This document shows positions 57,353-64,000 of a DNA stretch of 64,000 nucleotides, one piece after another (the first letter of the stretch is position 1; the number at the start of each line of letters is the position of its first letter). The stretch spans positions 5,874 through 69,873 of the forward strand of contig JABDGH010000004.1 of the NCBI GenBank assembly GCA_013286145.1. Reading direction: 5' to 3'. Origin of the DNA: Verrucomicrobiota bacterium (lineage in GTDB: Bacteria > Verrucomicrobiota > Verrucomicrobiia > Methylacidiphilales > UBA1321). The notes below the pieces were generated by a model. It made no database searches. It had not been told where the DNA came from and saw only the letters and a program-made list of their open reading frames with translations. Made by a program: the position numbers and the translations under genes.

Positions 57353-58588
57353 TTAGATAAGTCTCATGCTGGCAAGCGCGCGTCGCAGCGACTGGCCGAC
57401 GCGTGCAAAACCTCGTGTAGCCGGAACTTCAAGCTCCGCCTGACGCGCATAATGCAACAGCCCCAGGAGTGTGCTGAGATCCGGCCTGCGTCCATAATTT
57501 TGATCGCCATCGAAAGGAAATTGATGAGCCAGCTCGACCGGACAAGGGAAAATCTGCGATGCAAGTTCAAGCAAGCCGTTAACCTGCGAGGCACCGCCTG
57601 TAACATAGACCGTTCCGGCAAAATCGGGCCAGAAGGAGGCGTTTTGCAAATCCTCCAGGATGATCTCAAATATTTCCGCCTGCCGCGCCTGCATGATCGT
57701 GTTGAGCGATTCGCGGTAGATTTGCCGCTCTTCAAAATTATAGGCGCCGGGTAACGTGATGCGGTCGTCCTTCTCGGCAGGGTTGAGAATCACTGAACCT
57801 TCCGTTTTTTTCAACTGCTCGGCCTTGGCATAGGGAATTTTAAGACCGGAAACGATGTCGTTGGTCAGATGATCTCCACCCACTCCCAGAATCCCCGTAT
57901 GAACGACAGCACCCTTTTGATAAGCGATGTAATCCGAAACGCCGCCACCAAGATTGATAACGATGGCCCCCAACTGCTTTTGGTTGCGGCTTAATACCGC
58001 TTGGGCAGTGGCATACGAACTCAATGCGTAATTTTTGACATCGATACTGAGTTCCTTCACGCAACGAATGGTGGTTTGGAGTCGCGTGGCCAGACCATAG
58101 ACCTGATGGAAATGGGCGGTGAGTTGCTTCGAGGCAAGTCCGACTGGATTATCCGTGGTCGATCCATCATCAAGCACATAATGCTGGAGGAGATGGTGCA
58201 CAATCGCATGATCCGCAGGCAATGGCTGGGCTGTCGCCATGTCGTGAAGTTCCTGCAAATGTTCCTGCGTAATCTCGTCGCCATCATGATTGATTACCGT
58301 GGTGACGCGTGTATTCGAAGAACGGATATGCGCCCCTGTAATGGTGAGATAAACCTCGGCAACAACCACGTCGGTTTTGCGTTCCGCTTCCGCCAAGGCG
58401 TCACGAATGCAACCCTGGGCCACTTCAAAATCGACGATCTCGCATTTGCGAACCTGCCCCGAGCTCCCCTCTCCAATCCCAAGCAGGGCGAGAGTTCCGT
58501 CGGGGCGAATTTCCCCCACGGCAGCAGCAACCTTGGTGCTTCCTACTTCAAGTGCGACAACGATATTGCGTGTTTTTCCCCAGAACAT
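57353..58588 (-). CDS. ftsA: Cell division protein FtsA
   Basis: ALEVGSTKV, INLGGG, GGDHLTNDI, AEQLK, VTGGASQ; dcw position. Confidence 0.95.
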   Translation of the reverse strand: MFWGKTRNIVVALEVGSTKVAAAVGEIRPDGTLALLGIGEGSSGQVRKCEIVDFEVAQGCIRDALAEAERKTDVVVAEVYLTITGAHIRSSNTRVTTVINHDGDEITQEHLQELHDMATAQPLPADHAIVHHLLQHYVLDDGSTTDNPVGLASKQLTAHFHQVYGLATRLQTTIRCVKELSIDVKNYALSSYATAQAVLSRNQKQLGAIVINLGGGVSDYIAYQKGAVVHTGILGVGGDHLTNDIVSGLKIPYAKAEQLKKTEGSVILNPAEKDDRITLPGAYNFEERQIYRESLNTIMQARQAEIFEIILEDLQNASFWPDFAGTVYVTGGASQVNGLLELASQIFPCPVELAHQFPFDGDQNYGRRPDLSTLLGLLHYARQAELEVPATRGFARVGQSLRRALASMRLI

Positions 58589-58615
58589 AATGGTGTGTGT
58601 GGTGTGTTGGATTTC

Positions 58616-59479
58616 TTATTCGTAGAAGTTAACTGGCACGTATTGGTCAGGCGTAAGATCGACGGTGCGGATCGTCCGCAACGGGTTTTCCGTGTACTCG
58701 ACAATCTGTCGAAGACGTCTCATCTGCTCGTCGATATTATCGAGCCGAAACGTGATCGCCATGTCGTGTGTAGTCATCATCGTGATTGAAAGTGGCTGAC
58801 TGAGATCAATGGAACGAATATCGATGGAGGTGTGGAGTGTCGGTGTGTGATCCATGGCCTTGAGAATTTCCAGCGCACATGCCAGGCCCCGTTGTTCAAG
58901 GCGCGTACCGGGTTCCAACTCGGGATTGGGAAGGCCGACAGTCACCACGGGCAGGAGGGGAAGCTCTTCGTTTTCGCGGGGCTTCAGCACGATGCAATCG
59001 CGATCCAGGTAAAACATTTCACGTGTACCGTGATCGATGTTCATACCAAAAATCTTCGCAACGGGGACACGTTCATGAATATGAATAATGATTTCGTCCG
59101 GAAAATGCCGTTCAATTTTCGCACTCGAAACATAGGGGAGTTTCTCCAGGTCATGCGTGATCTGGGGAAGATTCAACGTCCAGAGGTTCTCTCCCAACTC
59201 GAGACCAGCGGCCTGGCGAATCATCCGCTGAGAAAAGTGATTTGGGGGGTCTATATTAATGTTATTCAGACTATAGAGCGGATTGCTGTAAAGAACCCGA
59301 TCCAGCACAAAATTGATTCCAAAATGGAGGCCAACACCCACCGCCACGATCATCAACAGCACAATGCCGCCCCAAGTCGCCGCCTGTGTAAGCTGTTTGC
59401 GCGAATGACGCTTGCGTGTCGTTGTGTGCAGAATGTTGATCTGTTTTTGACGGGTGCGATTGCGAAGGCGGCGGTTCAT
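58616..59479 (-). CDS. ftsQ: Cell division protein FtsQ/DivIB
   Basis: Basic N-terminus, one TM, POTRA LEKLPYVSSAKIERHFP...ER.P; located between ddl and ftsA. Confidence 0.9.
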   Translation of the reverse strand: MNRRLRNRTRQKQINILHTTTRKRHSRKQLTQAATWGGIVLLMIVAVGVGLHFGINFVLDRVLYSNPLYSLNNINIDPPNHFSQRMIRQAAGLELGENLWTLNLPQITHDLEKLPYVSSAKIERHFPDEIIIHIHERVPVAKIFGMNIDHGTREMFYLDRDCIVLKPRENEELPLLPVVTVGLPNPELEPGTRLEQRGLACALEILKAMDHTPTLHTSIDIRSIDLSQPLSITMMTTHDMAITFRLDNIDEQMRRLRQIVEYTENPLRTIRTVDLTPDQYVPVNFYE

Positions 59480-60390
59480 GTGTTTCTTTCTTCCTGACGG
59501 CAGGCCCAGGATAATTCAACGATGCGACGACAAAGTTCCGGAAAGCTGATGCCCACGGCGGACGCGGCTTTTGGAAGCAGACTGGTCGCGGTCATTCCCG
59601 GGATGGTATTGACTTCAAGACAGTAGATATTTCGATCCTTTTCGAGCAGGAAATCGACACGGGAATAAACTGCATTCCCAATCGCATGATGCGCAGCCAG
59701 TGCCTGCTTCTGAATCAATTGCGTGATTTCTTCAGGCAGTATCGCCGGGCAAAAATATTCGGTTCGGCCCTTGGTATATTTGTTCGTGTAATCGTAGAAA
59801 CCATCGAGCGGATGAATTTCAATGATGGGAAGCGCCTCTCCACCCAGGACACCCACTGTCAATTCGCGTCCCTGGATATATCGTTCAACCAGCGCAGCGG
59901 AATCAAACTTGAGTGCATCGGCGAGCGCAGATGCCAAATTTTCCCTGGTCAAAACGGGGTGAGACCCGACGCTCGAACCTTGCTCATTCGGCTTGATGAA
60001 AAGCGGCAGCGGCAAGGTGATCTCCTCCAACCGCCGAACCAATTGTCCTTCGGGCGTGGGAACACCATGCTGCCGAAATTTTTCCTTGGTTCTTTCCTTG
60101 TCGAAGGCGATGCGACTTACTTCCGCATTGGCACCTGTGTAAGGAATGCCACGCGTCGTCAGAATTTCCTGAACCTGACCGTCTTCGCCAAAGGTTCCGT
60201 GCAAGGCCAGAAAAGCGAGATCGGTTCCCGCTGGCACGACAAAATTGGCATCTTCCACCACGACTTCATTAACCTCGTACCCGGCTTCGCGCAAAGCCGT
60301 CGCAGCAGCAGCACCGGAGCGTAATGAGACCTCACGCTCGGCGGAAGTTCCGCCTTTCAGCACAGCGATGCGGTGGGGTTTATCGCTCAT
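59476..60390 (-). CDS. ddl: D-alanine--D-alanine ligase
   Basis: GGTSAEREVSL, LHGTFGEDG, GSSVG, YDY..KY, LEVNTIPGMT. Confidence 0.96.
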   Translation of the reverse strand: MSDKPHRIAVLKGGTSAEREVSLRSGAAAATALREAGYEVNEVVVEDANFVVPAGTDLAFLALHGTFGEDGQVQEILTTRGIPYTGANAEVSRIAFDKERTKEKFRQHGVPTPEGQLVRRLEEITLPLPLFIKPNEQGSSVGSHPVLTRENLASALADALKFDSAALVERYIQGRELTVGVLGGEALPIIEIHPLDGFYDYTNKYTKGRTEYFCPAILPEEITQLIQKQALAAHHAIGNAVYSRVDFLLEKDRNIYCLEVNTIPGMTATSLLPKAASAVGISFPELCRRIVELSWACRQEERNT

Positions 60391-60394
60391 TTTC

Positions 60395-62689
60395 TTAATG
60401 TTCCTCTCCCAGCACGATGACTTCGGTGTGCAAATCAATCTGGCGTGTTTCGCGGGCACGGCTCTGGATCAGTGCAATGAGCTGCAACACATCATCAGCA
60501 GTGGCGCCTCCGTCGTTGACAATAAAATTTCCGTGAACTTCCGAAACACGCGCCGAACCCACGGAAAGATTCTTAAGCCCCATTTCTTCGATCAACTGAC
60601 CTGCTGGAATTGGCCCGGGATTTTTGAAAATGCAACCAGCACTCGGCGCAGCAGGTTGGGAAGTCCAGCGCTTGCCTGAATAGGCTTTCAATTTCTCGTT
60701 GATCTCCTCCCTGGAACTAGGCGTACCTTTCAACCGCGCGGAAACCGCGATGTGCGTTTGGAAATGAGGAACGTTGCGGTAATGAATCTCCATGTCCGCT
60801 TTTTTCACGTCGTGAACATGGCCGAGTAAATCGATACTACGGACGCTTTCGACCACTTCCATGGTCCAGCCCTGCATGGCTCCCGCGTTCATCCGCAACG
60901 CGCCGCCCATGTTGCCGGGAATGCCCTCCATAAATTCAAAGCCACCCAGGTCGTGCTTGCGAGCATCTGCCACAATCTGCTTGAGTCGTGCGCCAGCCCC
61001 AACGGTGACATATTCGTTTTCCACTTCGATCCGATTGAAGTAAGGCCGGCCCAGGTGAACGCAAAGTCCGAGAATGCCTCCCTCACGAATAAGCAGATTG
61101 CTTCCGCGTCCGATGAATGTGACTGGGATTCCCCGGTCGTGCGCAAAGCGAAGACCCACTTTGAGATCTTCCTCATCTGTCGGCTCGAACCAAAGTTGGG
61201 CCGGACCACCGATACGCATCGTCGTGTGTTTATGCAATGGCTCATCGCGTTTAAGAACGCTTTCGGATTTCAAAAATCCTTTCAATTCCGTGTGCCACGT
61301 CAGGCCCTGGGCCAGGTACTGGGCGACACGATGAATATCTCCCGCGCCCAGTGTGATCACCAAATCACCCGGTTCAAGAACGGCATTCACCGCAGAGCGC
61401 AAACGACCCAGCGTCGGCTCAAAATGAACTTTAAGATGTTGATTGGCGCGCACCGCCTCGACCACGCTCTCACCAGTTACACCCTCCAGTGGCGTTTCAC
61501 TCGCTGCATAAATTTCAGTGATAAAAACTTCCGTTGCGTCGTGAAAGGCACCGGCGAACTCGTTGAGGAACGCCTTGGTTCGCGAATAACGATGCGGTTG
61601 AAAGAGAGCCAGCACGCGCTTCCAACCACTATTGCGCGCGGCGGCCAGGGTAGCCTTAACTTCGGTGGGATGATGCGCGTAATCATCCACCACCATGTAA
61701 TCGACCGAGTGATACTTCACTTCAAAACGCCGGGCGGCACCGCGAAATTCCGCCAGGGCGCTGACGATCTGGTTCCACGCAATGCCAAGTTCAGTTGCAA
61801 GCGCAATCACCCCAAGCGCATTACTCACATTTTGAGCGCCGGGAATTTCCAAGGCCACCTCACCCAACAGCTGGCCCCGCTTCAAAACCGTGAATCTTGA
61901 CGAGAAATTTTGCAACCGCACATCGAGCGCACGATAGGTCGCCAGTTCTGACATGCCATAACTCACCGCCTGTTCGCAATGCGAACAAAGCAACATGCTG
62001 TTTTTGTCATCGGCACAATAAATGATTGGGCCGCGCGTCCGTTCGCACAACAAGGCGAAAACCATGACGATCTCCTCGATATTATGATAAAAATCGAGAT
62101 GCTCCTCCTCTATATTCAAAATCAGGCTTGCCTGAGGAGCGAAAAGAGCCAGCGTGCCGTCACTCTCATCCGCCTCCACCACAAAGGGCGCGCCATCCGT
62201 CCATGCCGCGTTGACCCCAAGCAACGGCACCTGCGCTCCGATGTAATGGGAAGGATTCATGTCGGCCTGACGCAAGACGTATGTGAGCATCGAGGAAGTC
62301 GTCGTCTTGCCGTGACTGCCCGCCACAACATATGTGCTCTTGGTATCGGCCAGGATCACGAGGCATTCCGCGCGCCGAACGCAAAGAATATTTTGCTCGA
62401 CGGCAGCTTTGCGCTCTGGATTTTCCGCAGCGATGGCCGAGGAAAAAACCACCAATGTCACGCCATCCACGTTCGAGGCCTGATGACGATCAAAGTAACG
62501 CACACCCTCCGGGATGTAGTTGGAAGCTTGTTCCACCGGTATCAAATCAGAACCGGAAAGCTGATGCCCCTGCGCAAGGAGCAATCGGGCCAGGCCGCTC
62601 ATCCCGCTACCGCACACGCCAATAAGATGTATCCTTTGCGGACCATCCTTCAGCAGGCGCTCGATACGTTGTTTCAATTCCGGTTGCAT
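60395..62689 (-). CDS. murC: Fused MurC-MurB (UDP-MurNAc-L-Ala ligase + UDP-GlcNAc-enolpyruvate reductase)
   Basis: MurC: IGVCGSGMSG, GSHGKTTT, EADESDG, DDYAHHPTE, FQPHRYSRT; MurB: HTTMRIGG, GRGSNLL, GIPG.MGGALRMNAG, SAGCIFKNP, HGNFIVN; single ORF. Confidence 0.95.
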   Translation of the reverse strand: MQPELKQRIERLLKDGPQRIHLIGVCGSGMSGLARLLLAQGHQLSGSDLIPVEQASNYIPEGVRYFDRHQASNVDGVTLVVFSSAIAAENPERKAAVEQNILCVRRAECLVILADTKSTYVVAGSHGKTTTSSMLTYVLRQADMNPSHYIGAQVPLLGVNAAWTDGAPFVVEADESDGTLALFAPQASLILNIEEEHLDFYHNIEEIVMVFALLCERTRGPIIYCADDKNSMLLCSHCEQAVSYGMSELATYRALDVRLQNFSSRFTVLKRGQLLGEVALEIPGAQNVSNALGVIALATELGIAWNQIVSALAEFRGAARRFEVKYHSVDYMVVDDYAHHPTEVKATLAAARNSGWKRVLALFQPHRYSRTKAFLNEFAGAFHDATEVFITEIYAASETPLEGVTGESVVEAVRANQHLKVHFEPTLGRLRSAVNAVLEPGDLVITLGAGDIHRVAQYLAQGLTWHTELKGFLKSESVLKRDEPLHKHTTMRIGGPAQLWFEPTDEEDLKVGLRFAHDRGIPVTFIGRGSNLLIREGGILGLCVHLGRPYFNRIEVENEYVTVGAGARLKQIVADARKHDLGGFEFMEGIPGNMGGALRMNAGAMQGWTMEVVESVRSIDLLGHVHDVKKADMEIHYRNVPHFQTHIAVSARLKGTPSSREEINEKLKAYSGKRWTSQPAAPSAGCIFKNPGPIPAGQLIEEMGLKNLSVGSARVSEVHGNFIVNDGGATADDVLQLIALIQSRARETRQIDLHTEVIVLGEEH

Positions 62690-63768
62690 GAAGCTTCAAT
62701 CTCCTCGGCCACGCGTTTGGCCGCATCTTCCCCGGCCAATCCCTGCGCCGCCTTGACCATCCCTTGACGCAGTTTGGCATCGGTCAATAACTCGACGACC
62801 ATTTGGTGCAAAATTTCAGGGGTTGCCTTGTTTTCAACCAGGATTCGCGCCGCGCCTGCCCGCTCGAAAATGCGCGCATTGTAAGACTGGTGATCGTCCG
62901 CCGCCGCCGGATAAGGAACCAGGATCGCAGGCAATCCGTAATGACTTAATTCCGTAAGTGAAGCGGCTCCTGAACGGCTGATAACCACATCAGCGAGGCT
63001 ATAGAAATGTTCCATTTCCGTCGAGAACGCCTGCACCACGGCGATGAGCCGCTGGCGACGATAATTGATCTCCGCGATATTGGCATCGGCCTGGCCGGTG
63101 AGGTGAATAAACTGCACATCGTCGCGCTGATTCTGCCACATCGGCAGTGTCTTCAACACGAGTTCATTGATGCCATGAGCGCCCTGACTTCCGCCCATGA
63201 TCAGAACGATCGGCAATGCTGGATTCAAACCAAATCTTTCCGCCGCAACCGCACGATCAATCCGTTCCAGGCCGCGGCGCACCGGAGTACCGGTTACCAC
63301 GCAATGTGCCCGGCGAAGATAATTTGCGCATCCATCGAAACCAAGCAGTGTCTTGTTTACCCACGGCGCGATCATGCGGGTTACCCGGCCCGGGATGGCA
63401 TTCGACTCGTGGATCAGCGTGGGTAAATGAAGTCTTCGTCCCAGCATCAACGGTATGGCACTGGTAAATCCGCCCATTCCGACCACGGCAGTCGGTTGAA
63501 AATCGCGATAGACCTGGCCGCACTCGCGCCAACTGCTCAGGAGATTCAGCCCGAAAGAGAAAATACGCGGCGAGAGAAATCCCGGCCAGCCGATTCCCGG
63601 CAAGGCATGGGATTGCTGTTCGTTGGCACCCTTGAGCGCAATGGCATCGATTTGTTTCGGTGAAACGAGAAGCAGCGTGTCGTGTCCGCGTTGGCGCAAC
63701 TCTTCCGCAACGGCCAATCCCGGAAAGAGATGGCCTCCTGTTCCTCCGCAAGCGATGGCGATTTTCAT
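62674..63768 (-). CDS. murG: Undecaprenyl-PP-MurNAc-pentapeptide GlcNAc transferase
   Basis: GGTGGHLFPG, HESNAIPG, GGSQGA, SRSGA, DHQSYNA. Confidence 0.97.
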   Translation of the reverse strand: MKIAIACGGTGGHLFPGLAVAEELRQRGHDTLLLVSPKQIDAIALKGANEQQSHALPGIGWPGFLSPRIFSFGLNLLSSWRECGQVYRDFQPTAVVGMGGFTSAIPLMLGRRLHLPTLIHESNAIPGRVTRMIAPWVNKTLLGFDGCANYLRRAHCVVTGTPVRRGLERIDRAVAAERFGLNPALPIVLIMGGSQGAHGINELVLKTLPMWQNQRDDVQFIHLTGQADANIAEINYRRQRLIAVVQAFSTEMEHFYSLADVVISRSGAASLTELSHYGLPAILVPYPAAADDHQSYNARIFERAGAARILVENKATPEILHQMVVELLTDAKLRQGMVKAAQGLAGEDAAKRVAEEIEASCNRN

Positions 63769-63778
63769 TGGTATGATC

Positions 63779-64000
63779 TCACATTCTCACGCTGTAGGGT
63801 TTGGACACGAGCGTCGGGGTGTTTTGCGTCTGATAGACACCTTGCCGATGCATATTGAAAAGAATGCCGATGGCGGCGAGACAGGTCAGGAGGTTCGATC
63901 CGCCGTAGCTGATAAAAGGTAGAGGTATGCCTTTGCAGGGCATGAGCGATGTCACCACCGCAAGATTCATCATCGCCTGAAGTGCAATCATCACCGTGAT
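63779..64000 (-). CDS. ftsW: FtsW (SEDS) C-terminal fragment, truncated by the window edge
   Basis: P.KGIPLPFISYGGS motif; immediately upstream of murG. Confidence 0.9.
   Translation of the reverse strand: MTVMIALQAMMNLAVVTSLMPCKGIPLPFISYGGSNLLTCLAAIGILFNMHRQGVYQTQNTPTLVSKPYSVRM

Overview
A bacterial chromosome segment, most likely from Verrucomicrobiota. This assignment is inferred from the MurC-MurB fusion, the Verrucomicrobia-type FtsZ tail, H-X9-DG prepilin-like proteins and the SpmA/SpmB fusion. The housekeeping backbone comprises accBC, thiE, mpl, prs, panC, thrB, a dus gene, three tRNAs (Gln-CTG, His-GTG, fMet-CAT) and the 3' part of the dcw cluster (ftsW-murG-murC/murB-ddl-ftsQ-ftsA-ftsZ). 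Accessory DNA includes three blocks. (i) A KasI-like Type II restriction-modification pair lies downstream of tRNA-Gln. (ii) An integrase-less tandem island array follows tRNA-His, marked by repeats of the tRNA 3' end at about 26480, 29994 and, degenerate, 39700. Its first segment carries PadR plus a membrane protein and an MNT-HEPN pair. Its second carries a complete 7-gene trans-envelope electron-transfer module: an octaheme cytochrome, a beta-barrel porin, a monoheme cytochrome c, a heptaheme NapC/NirT (ImcH-like) protein, an unknown repeat lipoprotein, ResB and CcsA. (iii) A six-gene sugar/cyclitol catabolic cluster resembles the iol pathway but lacks iolB/C/D. Other notable points are an FtsZ with heavily degenerate GTP-binding and hydrolysis motifs, a dispersed GTCATCCTGAGC palindromic repeat family that supplies the stop codon and apparently a CTG start of thiE, and a small MITE-like element. 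All product calls come from motif recognition by eye; no database searches were run.
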